Positions 1 through 11,900 of a DNA stretch of 64,000 bases are shown here, in pieces; the first letter of the stretch is position 1, and the number at the start of each line of letters is the position of its first letter. The notes beneath the pieces are model-generated. The model ran no database searches and was not told where the DNA came from. It saw only the letters and a program-made list of their open reading frames with translations. Position numbers and translations under genes: made by a program. The stretch is from Zootoca vivipara (taxonomy: Eukaryota), in assembly GCF_963506605.1 (NCBI RefSeq), contig NC_083280.1, positions 82,770,001-82,834,000 of the forward strand. Direction: 5' to 3'.

Positions 1-1038
1 AATTTTTCAGCAATAGCTATGGACCAGATTTGACTCTTACAATATGCTTGTAGAGGACGAGCATAGTTTTGACAGGGTACAGTACTTGCCTGCGTCTTCT
101 GGTCATCTTTCATTTTTGTTCATGGATATGCAAAAACATGCCTAGTCTCCAGTACTTTTATTTCTCTGGAAAATGAAATTAACCCTGTAAAAGATTGCCC
201 TGAAACTTCCTATTTTCTTGGGAAAGGGGAGACCGCAAAGCAGCATACTGTTAGATATATATTAGCAGCAAAACAGCAATATGAAATTGATGCATATGTC
301 AAACTGCGTTTTGCAGTTGTAAATGAATATCAGTAATGCACAAATTTGGCTTTGATAACCACAGCACTTACTCCCCCCCCCAAAAAACCCCACCCCTTAG
401 CAATTGCAACTGCTATGAGTTTTACTGCTTCTGACAAATCTGGCAACACAAGCTTTTAACTAAAGAAGATACAGCATGGCATATCCATGTGAATTTTCAG
501 CTCCTTGGGCAGTTTTTCTGGTGATGTGAAAGGCAACGGAAGCCTTATAAACTGGATCATTTCCCATCTTAATCAAACTTCCTTTGCATCCCCAAAGCTA
601 ATGGGAGTCCTGTTTGGTGCTCAGTTTGGTGCACTGAGATGTGGATAAACAAACATTTGCCATTCTGCTGAACCTCAGGCCTTTGCCAGGAGGAGTGGAG
701 AGAAGGTGTTACCAGGCAGCAATAGAAGTGGTTTGGAAGAGAAGGTGGAAGGGGAAATCTGTGCTTAATTGAAAATGGAAATTCCCAGCAGGCAACTAGG
801 AAGAGATGCTTACTGATGCTGTTACTGAGAAGGTGCAATGAAAAATATGTACGTATAGAAAAATAGCTGCACCTTTTCTAAATTACCGATAATCACAAAA
901 ATATTAGGTAAGCAGGTCCAACTACATCTTGCATTGTACCAAATTACTTCAGTTGGAAGCCTTATCTAATGAACGTATAAGATTAAGCTCCTGCCTTAAG
1001 CATTATAGAAATGCTTGAGTTTTAAAATCTAGCTTGAC

Positions 1039-2028
1039 CAGTGTTAGAAACTGAGATATAAAAGCTAGGAGCTAAATGGCATCTTAAACCTAGGTTATGG
1101 GCACAACAACAGAATGTCTAGGAACATTTTTTTAATAACAAGAATACAAACCTGAAAATGAATAAACTGTTGCTAAAATGTTATGTTTGTTTTTCACATG
1201 ATCTAGTCCGTTCCCTGCCCACCCCTCTAATATTCTTAAGAGGGTCTCTTCTCCCAGCTTCAGAGAGCACTGTATTTTTCGCTCCATAAGACGCACCTGA
1301 CCAAAAGACACACCTAATTTTTAGAGGAGGAAAGTGGGAAAGCCCTGTTTTTTTGGGATCAGCTCACAGTTGTGCAGCTTCTTTTGCAAAGGGGGAAAGC
1401 TCCATTTTTTTGAGCATCAGCTCAAAGTTGTGCAGCTTCATTTGCAAAGGGGGAAAGCCCCGTTTTGGGGGGAATCAGCTCACAGTTCTGCAGTTTCTGT
1501 AGGAAAGGAAAGGGAGCCATTTCTACAGTTTCCAGACAGATAATCTAATCAGCCAGTCACATGTCAGCTGGGGGAACACAACAATGGAGGCCTGGGCAAG
1601 GGGGCCGGCGGGAAGGGAGCTAGCTTCTCTTATCTCCCTCCTTGATCTCTTGCAATCAGCTGCTGAGCGGGTTCCTTTAAATACCCTCCTTCCCTCATGT
1701 TAGCCTTTAGCTCTTTCTTTCTTTTAAAAAAGCACGATATGCTGATATGCTTTTTGCCCCTGGGCAATTCGGCTCCTGGGACCATGCATTTGCTCCATAA
1801 GACGCACAGGCATTCCCTCTTACTTTTTAGGAGGAAAAAAGTGTGTCTTGTGGAGCAAAAAATACGGTAGCTGGAAGTGGAGAGGCAGAAAAAGGTCCTT
1901 TCCTTCCACTCTGCAGTTTTAATAAGAAATCTCAGGTGTGGTACTGTGCCCAGAGCTCAGAAACTGCTCACGCTAATGAAATTCCCTGTCACAAAATGCA
2001 CCTAGAACAATGGGAGTTTCAAACACTG
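1039..2028. mobile_element. hAT-type MITE (~390-bp family) interrupted by a Tc1/mariner-type MITE
   Basis: TIRs CAGTGTTAGAAACT / AGTTTCAAACACTG; 8-bp TSD agcttgac at 1031-1038 and 2029-2036; aligns to the copy at 57918-58306. Confidence 0.9.
1270..1867. mobile_element. Tc1/mariner-superfamily (Tc2/pogo-like) MITE
   Basis: TIR ctgtatttttcgctccataagacgcac / gtgtgtcttgtggagcaaaaaatacgg; sits at the TA of the host (gagagTAgctgg in the intact copy); ~50-bp internal tandem repeats at 1340-1520. Confidence 0.85.
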
Positions 2029-4510
2029 AGCTTGACTAGACTTTTATTCTTTTAAACAATCTATTTTTTGTGCAGAGGCTATAAAACAGCAATTTTGTTT
2101 GGTTATCAGTGTTTCGCAAGTTCCCATTAATTCACTGAAAAAATTGCAGTGCAAGACTTGTAAGAAGTGCTTTATCAAAAGGAGGAATGGGAAGCTTCTA
2201 CCAGTTGTTTTGGATTTATTGGTAATATGATGGGGGTGTTAATGCTGTCTAGTCATAGTGAGATGCTAATGAAGGAGAGCTGATCCTTGCAGAAATTGTA
2301 ATAATAGAGTATGACTCTTAGATTTTGGCCTTATGCAGCTATTTTGATTTATGGCTTCCTGCCATCAACTTTGCCAAATGGCTCCTTAAACCAAGGTTGC
2401 AGTTGCCAAAACAGAATGTCTAGTTGCCATTTGGGGGCAAAACGTCTCTAAAGTCTTATTTTTCAATTGATGGACTGACTGTGATTGATTCTCAGTTAAA
2501 CATCTGGCTAGTTCAGATGACAACCTTGAGCTAGTTTAAGAGCTTTGAGAAGTTAAAGCAGAAAAGTTGCTTGATCCAGGGGCAGTCCAAATATATTGTG
2601 GGCTATTCCTACCTGTTTTTCGTAATGGTGACTGTTCCTGCTCAGGCTGCACAGAAAAAGCAATTTGGTTCCAGAATCCATTCTGATTGTGCAGATAAAA
2701 TATAACTGATAGAATTCTACAGGATGGGGTATTAGTGTGTGAAAGCAGTCCAGATCCAATGCGTCTCAGATGGTGGAGATGTCAGGCGCCATCCTTGCGC
2801 CCAGGCATCTTCACTTGGTCGCAAGGGGTTGAAAGCCAGGTGCAAAATGTGCCTGACACATTTCAAACACTGCTTCTCGGTCATGGCACCCAAGCTGCGC
2901 AACTTCCTGCCGTGGAAGATCTGACTGCTTCCTGCCATTATGGTATTTACATGCCAAGTAAAGACATATCAGGGGTATGTGATAGGTAAGAGAGTGCCTT
3001 TAGCACAATCAGCTCTTCTTGTTTTTGTTGTCAGTCTCAATTCAGCTGTTGATTACTGAAGAGCCCAAAGTTGGCTACTTGTCCTGGAGCCAGATTCAAT
3101 CCCACTGGTGTTGGCAAGGGAGGGAGGGAGCTAGCGCGTAGTCAACCTGAGCAGTTTGTTGGTAGAACTGGCCAGGAAAGAGGGAGGACTTGTTTTCTCT
3201 CGCTGAGAGCATTTCCCTTTGCCACCTTAATGTAGGATAGGCAGGAGGCGGCTCAGTAAACCGCCACTCATTACCATGACATCCTGAGCCTTTTTATGTA
3301 ACGCTACATTATTCTTGCCCACTGTGCCATTTGTTGGCATGTGATGGGTTACAGCCTTGCCTCATTTGGCCTTTCTGCTGAAGGATTGGTCATCCTTTCC
3401 CATTTAAGTAGTCTTGCATTGGACAAAGTACTTGTTGCTGTCTTTGTTCCAAATAATTACAGTGACCAATGCTGTTGACTTTTTTCTTTTGCTGTACGAC
3501 CATTTGAGGTTAACGAGACAGAAGGAGAGAAGCCCTTCTGTTTAATTACTTTTGGATTCGTGTGCTAATCTCTTTCCTCCGTTTCCAAACCTTCCTCTCA
3601 CTGTCGCCAGTTGATCTCCCATATGGGTATTTCTTGCTTTTGTGGCACCAGCTGCTTCTGCGGAGGTCTGCCAGGTCCCGATATGCCTGGTGGCTGTCAT
3701 CTGGCTGCACTGATGAGAAAGGATACACAGTTTTAATGGTTGACATTCCTTTTTCAGTATGTGACTCAAGCCAGGCATCAGGCCAGGGACCTTGGCTATA
3801 TGGAGGATCTTTCCCTCTGAAGAGACCTGCATCCCTGAGGGAAAGGGGTATTAAAAAAACAAAAAACACACCATAAAACCATCAAGCTTTTAACTGTCCA
3901 GCAGCCTGGAGTAGTGGGAGTGGGTGAATATACACAACCACAATGGGGTATTGAAAATCTGGGGTTTGTGGGGGTCGTTGGGATTGCCACTGCAGTGCAA
4001 TGCTGTATCTTAGGGAAAAGCTTACACCTTTTTAGGATACTCTCAAGCTTTTAGGGATGCTTGAGGAAAGCTGTACATGTCTTCCCTTTTTTCGCTTTAT
4101 GGACAGGTACACCCTTGTGTAGATTGAAAAGGAGAATGGCACTTCTGGGTTTCATTTCCTTTTGGTAAAAGTGGTGTCACTCATATGAGTGGGAATATGT
4201 ACAGATGGATGAATGTATTTGGGGACCAGTTGCAGACATTTTGTGTTTGGTGAGGGAGCATGGGTAAGCCAGAATCCTGCTCCAGCTAAATTCCCCTGCC
4301 TGGTTGCCAGGAGGAGAGGGTTGTAGCATATTTCTGCTCTCCCAAACTTCCTTCTTTGAGCCTTTTCAATCTCCCCAGTCCTCCAATTTCTGTAAGGAGT
4401 TACTTCCAAGAGCTGGAAAAAAGACTGTTGTTCTGCACCTTGATTGCCTATCTCCAGCCTATCTCTAGCCAAGTAGCCCATCTCTCGCTCATTGCCACCT
4501 TGGTTGTTTG

Positions 4511-4760
4511 TAAAGGTAAAGGGACCCCTGACCATTAGGTCCAGTCGCGAGCGACTCTGGGGTTGCGGCACTCATCTCGCTTTACTGACCGAGGGAGCTG
4601 GCGTACAGCTTCCGGGTCATGTGGCCAGCATGACCAAGCCGCTTCTGGCGAACCAGAGCAGCGCATGCAAACGCCATTTACCTCCCTGCCGAAGCGAACA
4701 AGTATTTATCTACTTGCAGTTTGACGTGCTTTTGAACAGCTAGGTTGGCAGGAGCAGGGC
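4511..4760 (-). mobile_element. Sauria SINE (5'-truncated)
   Basis: Reverse (ACCTTT)n tail aaaggtaaagggacccc and core gggtcatgtggccagcatgac. Confidence 0.9.
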
Positions 4761-4895
4761 GGGTGCTACTACCGAGAAGGCCCTCTGCCTGGTTCCCTGT
4801 AACTTGGCTTCTCGCAGCGAGGGAACCGCCAGAAGGCCCTTGGCACTGGACCTCAGTGTCCGGGCAGAACGATGGGAGTGGAGACGCTCCTTCAG
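4761..4895 (-). mobile_element. L2-type LINE 3' fragment
   Basis: Minus translation [20 protein letters not shown], shared with 37600-38020 and 39615-39884. Confidence 0.75.
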
Positions 4896-5876
4896 TCTAT
4901 GTTTGTCTATGTTTGACAAAGATGCGCATAAACTGATTTCTGAAAACCACATAATTGCAATTTTACCTTCTGAAAATGTCAGGTAATGCTAAATAAAAAT
5001 TAATAATGATATATACTAACTGCTTAACAATCATTTTTCATGATTTCTGTGCAATTTAACACACATTTTACTTAGTGAACAAAACTAAATTATATGAATT
5101 GAACCAAAATATATCTGGAAGTCCCCAGTCATGTTGCAACTTCTTAGTGCCCCTCATTTTTGAAATTTGAAAGCTGAAAAATTCAATACGCCCCAGTTTC
5201 AGCCCCCAGGATATTCTCCTGGCTTGTAATTGTCTTGACACTGCCAGCTGTTAGTTAAGGCCCACCTGGATCAGAATTCTTTGAAATTGTGCTGTTCTCA
5301 CAGTGACCATTTATGCTGCTATACATAAAGTCAAAAGGCTGTAAGTAGCTATAATAGGATAGGATGTAATAAACACTTGTTTATTTTCTTGAAGCAACAT
5401 TCTTCCTCTTTCTTTTCTATTCTGAATAAATGTAGTAGAATTTGACTGTTAGGGTCCTGGATGCATTTGTATGGAAACTTCCAGGATTATTCCTAGTTCC
5501 TTAGTTTATGCTAAGTAGGTGCGTGGATGTGTTTGTGTCTAAGGCTGGATGCTATCTCTGCTTCAGAGCTCTCCTGTCCAAGATTAGGGGTATAAAGGGG
5601 AGTGGTGGCAGCTGACTTAGTCTTCGGTTTGACTGGCCTACCTAGACTTGCAGTCATGGAATGAAAGGAACCAAAAAAAAAGCCCTTTATCCTCACCCCA
5701 TCCCTTCTGCTATTTGCCATAGGTGATGAGGTGAGTAGCTGTTTTAGAGAAAGGGGGATTGGGAGATGGTAGGAAAACTTTTAACCTTGCTTGTACTTGC
5801 TAACTGCATATCCCTTGTAAATTAAGCAACATGGTTTTTTTAATCTGTAAATTTTTATCTTCCCCACCCCCCACAG

Positions 5877-5945
5877 GGTCGACTTACAGCGTACTGTCCA
5901 TAATGCCATCAGACTCTGAAAGCAGCAGTTCTCTCAGCAGTACTG
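5877..5945 (+). CDS. DLG5: DLG5 exon 2 ([24 protein letters not shown])
   Basis: ccacag|GGTCG...ACTG|gtaaga; 69 nt, phase 1-1. Confidence 0.95.
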
Positions 5946-8900
5946 GTAAGAACCGTGCTTGTGCCTGTGGTGTTGTGGTTGTTTGCTTTGTGTTGCATGT
6001 TGATCTTGAACAGATTTATCTTCTTGTTCATAATACACACAGGTGAAATAGCCGAGAACTTTGTTGGAAGTGCAGTACTTGTTCTTGCACAACTAGGAGT
6101 GGTGATGCCGCACATTGTATTTGTTTGGGGGGTGGGTGGTTAGGGGAGGATCTATTTTTTAGTTCCAGGATTGTGTTGAGGCATGACTAAACTGCTTCTT
6201 GTGCAACGGAACACCATGACGGAAACCAGAGTGCACGGAAACACCGTTTACCTTCCCACCGCAGCAGTACCTATTTATCTACTTGCACTGGCGTGCTTTC
6301 AAATGGCTAGGTTGGCAGAAGCTGGCACAGAGCAACGGAAGCACACCCTGTCACGCGGATTTGAACCGCCAACCTTCTGATTGGCAAGCCCAAGAGGCTC
6401 AGTGGTTTAGACCACAGCACCACCCGCGCTATATTGTAAACCCACCCAAGAACCAAAAACATGAAGGCTTTGGACAAACTTGGTAGCAGTTGAACTATGC
6501 CCTGCTGCTTAGTGGTTCTCAAAGAGTGTTGGCCTGGTTTACGCTTTCTGAGATGCCAATGAGATGTGAAGAGTGATTCTTTTTACTTTTATGCATATAT
6601 CTTCCCCCACTGTTGTGCGCCTCACCCCTGACCCTTGCATAAGTAGTTTTTTTTAATCACATCATTCTGATAGAAATGGCAGGAACAAGGACTCTTGTTT
6701 TGCATTTAGGAGCCAAGGTCACACAGTGAGATACCTTTATTTAGAAGCAAGAACCCCTGCAACTCTTTCCAAGGTTCTCTGATGCCCGCCAGACCTTATG
6801 GCCTTGCACTTCCCTTGCTAGCCATGTGTTGTAACTGCAGGCACCTCTCAATAGGGATACAAGGTTGAGGCAGACACCACAAATGCACATGAACTGTAAT
6901 CACAGTGGCATAGATTACAGTCACAGAAGCTCAGGTTACAAGTCGGCTGAATTTTTCCAGTGGAAGAGGGTCTTAAATACAATCCATCAAACACAAATAT
7001 GTCTTACAAAAAATGGTGGTCCTTATTTCATGGTTTCCACCTCAAGCACACCTGGTGCAATTCACAAAGCTCTTGATGAGTTGTATTGGGTGTGCTTGAG
7101 ACAACACCTGTTGTATTTGTGCTGTTGCGAGGAATTCCATTCAGGGGGTTGAATAATAGTGAGACTGGAGAAGCCAGTGTAAGTTGCTTTTTCAGCTGAA
7201 TTTGGAGTAACCACTTGAAGCATCTGTTGTGTTGAGCTATTTCAGTTGCTTTGGTTTGATTTGCTCATTGCAAACAGCTGAAAGTATGTAAATTTTGATA
7301 ATCTGCTTTGCAATGGGGGTTGAATAATTTTGATTGCAACTGTAGTTCCAGATTTGCCAGATTTGTGATGAGGGTTGTCTTGGAAATGATGGTTCCACTG
7401 TATATGTCATGAGGGAATGCCAAATCATATAAAAGTGGCTGCCAGGTCTATTCCTTGTCGAAATCTCAGATTATGCATAACTTGCTCCATTACAGTATAG
7501 CTATATTTCAGAGTGAATGGTACCAAGCATCCAGTGTAAGATTTTGAGCTGTTTCCCAATGAGTTGCAATTACTTTCCATGCTGCCAAGATCATACATAA
7601 AGTCAGTTCTTTTGACAATATATTTTCATTGGTGTCATCAAAATATTCAGCAACATTAAATTTGGACAACAAACAGTAGTTTCTTCGATAATACTCTTAT
7701 CAAAATTAAATTCCAAAAGTCTTGCACCAACTGACATGCCCAACATAAATGATACGTACAAAGTTTATTGCAATCCCCCCCCCAAAATTAGGTGATATAG
7801 AAGAAAGCATTTTTGATATGTGCAGAGGAATACAGTACCATCTGTGTAGTACAGGTAACCCGTGATTTGTTCGGGGGTTGAATTTTGTGTCATTGCATGC
7901 AATGGAGTGTGTATAAGCCTGCCATGCCCCCTTTTCCTGCTACCTCTGGGTTCACAGCAATGCATGCATGGTCATGCATGGTTAGAACCTCCACAAAACA
8001 GTTGTTGCCTGTAATTTAAAGGAGTTTTCCCTAAGAAAACTGGAAACATATTTTAAGGGTCATGATTCCCAAAGTTTATTCCTTGGGAAGAATTTGTATG
8101 CCAATATCAACTGTTTTGCCCAAACCTGGAAGGAGTTTGGCCTTACCACCAACCCAGTGAAGACCAACATCTTGAGTCAGGACATCACTAGTATTCCACA
8201 CATCAGCATTGGTGACCACATGCTTGAGGTGGTAGACAGCTTTGCCTACCTGGGTTCCACCATAACCAGCAATATTTCTATCGATGCTGAGCTGGAAAAG
8301 TGTATTGTCAAGGTAGCTATGGCAAGGGCCCACCTCCACAGAAGGGTATGGGAGTATGTGATGCTAATGTCCAATACGAACATGAAGGTCTACCAAGCCT
8401 GCATGTTGGGCCCATTGCTTTATGAAAGTGAGTCATGGGCAACTTGCAACTATCAAGAGAGATGCCTCGATGCCTTCCACATCTGCATCAGGAGGACTTT
8501 CGGTAGCATATGACAGGATAGAATGCCAAACAAAGATGTTTCCCAAGTCCATATTCCCAGCATGTTCGCACTACTGTCTCAGCAATGTCTATGGTGGCTT
8601 TGCCATGTCCACATAATGGAAGATGGCAGGATTCCCAAGGATGTGCTCTATGGGGAGCTGGCTTCAGTCACCACACCAATTGGCAGACCATCTCTGTGTT
8701 ACACAGATGTCTGCCAATGTGACACAAAGGCTAGCAACATCAACCCTACCGTGGGGGAATCTCTTGCAGATGACCGAAGTGCCTGGAGACAGGCAGTCAA
8801 ATTGTGTATTCCTAGCAATGACGAGGAGAAATGACCGCTGGGGGAGGAGAAGAAACACAGTGGTACACCTGCATCAGCACAACCAGACATCTTCATCTGC

Positions 8901-11900
8901 CCCAGCTACAACAAAACGTCTCTCCCACATCAGTCTCTATACCTACAGCAGGCGCTGCAACTGCCAACAGTTTTTTATTGGAGGCTGCCAAGTTGGGGGA
9001 CACTGCACTCTTTGTCCCCAGCCACCATATCTATATCTACTCTTTTCATCCCCAAAGTTCATGGACTTTGTGTGTATAGTACATTGGACACAACACTATG
9101 TTGATAAGACACATCCCAGTTAGATGAGTGAGCCTACTTTGGTGGCTAGAGTAGAAACTGGCTACCTGGAAGCAAGCCTGAAAAAGTGACCCACATACTG
9201 ATTGGTTCTCAGGGCTGAGTGTGGAAGCAAAAATTGAGTTGTGAAACATTTATTTAAGCTGACAAAACAAGCTGCACTTGGCAGCAGTTGTAATAAATAT
9301 GTTATGACAAATCCAGTTTGTCTGAAAAGAGGCACGTTACCGAAAGGTGGGGGAATAATTTAGAAAATGGAGCTTCGGTCTCCAGGCCCAAGTGTGTTGG
9401 AAGGAATTTGATTGGCTGGAGCGAAGGATGGAAATGCTGTGGCATGAAACAGTCAGTCAGGTGGAAAAAAGAAGATGGAGCTTAAAGCCCAGGTCACTTC
9501 CTTCACACTGAAGTGAGCTGTCAGATGAAATAAAAAGCCTTTTAGCATTCAGCTAGAAATGTCCTCTGTAAGGAAAGGGATGAGTGTTGCAAATCTTCCC
9601 CATCCCCTGAAGCTAGAGGGCTACTTGAAGCATATGCCAAGTCACACTTGACAATGCTAGGAAACCTTTTGTGGTAATGAAAAACACAGGCTCCCTCTTA
9701 AATTGAGCAGGGAGAAGCTGTTTCTGGGGGACATCTTAATGAAGAGAAGGGCTCTGGGACTTACTTCAGAATTTCCTCCCATGGAAAAGGCAGAATTTGA
9801 ATCCCTTTGGCTCTGGTTTGTTTGTTTTATTGCTTTTGTCGCCATTGGCGCTTCAGCTTGTTCCATAAAGCTCCAGTTGTCAGCATTTGCTTTTTTAATA
9901 ATCCCCAAATAGCCTAGGATTAAGTACAAAATCGATGTAAGAGGAATAGGTAGCTGAAGACAGGATACTGTGCCCAGAGAGTAGGCCCTAAGATTTTATT
10001 CTTTTGTCATAAGAAATTCTACCGCTCTGTTATTTTTATAATCATTCAGATGGCACTCAGTGGTGTTCAAGCTTATCTCCAAAGCTACATGGCCTAGAAA
10101 CTTGACTTTCTCAATACAGTGGTACCTCTACTTACGAATTTAATGCGTTCCGAACGCACATTCGTAAGTCGAAAAAAATTGCAAGTCGAATCCCATAGGA
10201 ATGCATTGGGAGAAAAAATTCGTAAGTCGAAGCAACCCTATCTAAAAATTCGTAGGTAGAAAAAATCCTATCTAAACGGCATCCAAGATGGCGGACGGAG
10301 CTCCATTCGTAAGTAGAGTTATTCGTAAGTAGAGTTATTCGTAAGTAGAGTTACCACTGTATGTTGTGTTTAGATAACTGATTTTAGGGGATAACAAATC
10401 AACAAAACCAATTGTTTGTGGAAGCATTGTGGATAGCATCCCAAATGTGTGCACTTGACCACAAGTCTGTCTTCATTGCAGCTATGCATGGCCCTGGCAA
10501 ATTTATCAGTCTTTTCCGTTGGATTAGCTTGTTCACTTACTCATCTTTTCTGGCAAACAGATTGCTTGATGTTTTTTTTTTTTAAAAAAATGCTATTGTC
10601 TAACCCCCTAATTCTGTGCTTGTTTGTGTTTGGCAACAGGTACAACGGGTAAACCATCATCACCACCCCCTGCAGTCATTGATGTGAGGCAGATGAATGA
10701 GAAACTGGAGACCATTTTGTTTCAGCTCCGCCAGGTTACCCGTGAGAGGGATGAGTTGAGGAAGCGTCTCGCACTGTCGTCTCCTGGTTCAACCTTTGAT
10801 GACTGCAGGTAAAAGACTGACACGAGGGCATATTCCCAGGTCTAATGCATGTGCAATTGGGCATGGGTCTTTGGCTCTTTTCCATGGCACAGCTGTTTAA
10901 GTTGGGGAGGGGCAGTTAAGGATGCCTAGGATGGCTCAGTCAGAGAGCATGAGACGCTTAATCTCAGGGTTGTGGGTTACAGCCCTATGCTTGGCAAAAG
11001 ATTCCTGAATTGCAGGGGGTTGAACTAGATGATCCAGTCTTTGTTAGCTAGTGATGTTATCTTTGCAAATTACTTACACCACCAGTGGCCAACTCTGTCC
11101 CATGTGGGTACAGAGTATGCTTAATGCATCATTTTTGTTTCATATAACCTTTGGGGGGTGCATGTTTTCTTTCACCTTAATACTTAAAATGTTTGATGTG
11201 TATTCATGTGAATCTTGTGTTAAGGTCATGCTCAGCTGAAATCTATCTTTGTGGTAGGCCTAGCCCCAAGCCAAACCATGATTATGAAAGGCTGAAGATT
11301 CAGTGCATGAAGGCAATGTCCGATCTGCAGTCTCTACAGAACCAACACACCAAAACGCTAAAAAGATGTGAAGAATCTGCTAAGGAGGCTGATTTCTATC
11401 AGTAAGTAAAGGCACACGGTATATGCACAGGGATGTATTTTGGTTTCCTCCTGCCATTACTATGTGTCAGTTAAGCTGCCTTAGATTTTAATGTTCAAAG
11501 GTCCTTCATCATAGTTTTCTTATCTCCAGCTTCAGTCAACTTTTAAAATGCCATTATTTTAACATCAGTAGAGAGATAATGTTCAAAGCTTTTGGCTGCA
11601 GATTTAGGATTGGTTTAAAAAAAAAATCTTTGAAGATGGAGAGCCAGTTTCTGAAAATTATGGTGGGGAGTATAGGCTTAGCTTGGTGTGGATGACCTTC
11701 TCACTTCAGTGAATTGATAATACTTGTCCCCTGCTTCCCCCTTTCAGAACCCTGCTTTCAGTAGTTCCAGGGTGGAGTCCAGTGCAGTAAATGACACTGC
11801 TAAGGAGAATTCTCTTAAAGGCAACTAGACATCAACAAAATGCACCACACCAAGCAACAGTGCAAAATCTGGTGGTTTCTAATGGTGGATATTTCTTAAT

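Noticed and set aside
3562-3876. 104-aa ORF and an overlapping small ORF MGISCFCGTSCFCGG... (3623-3736) that looks lipidation-like
   Set aside because: No recognisable homology and no in-phase donor to exon 2; likely chance.
10280-10352. Short direct repeats attcgtaagtagagtt resembling an array
   Set aside because: Subterminal repeats of a MITE with no spacers; not CRISPR, and the DNA is eukaryotic.
10929-11037. tRNA-like sequences (also 25881, 51117, 51800)
   Set aside because: Degenerate SINE heads attached to LINE-derived tails, not tRNA genes.
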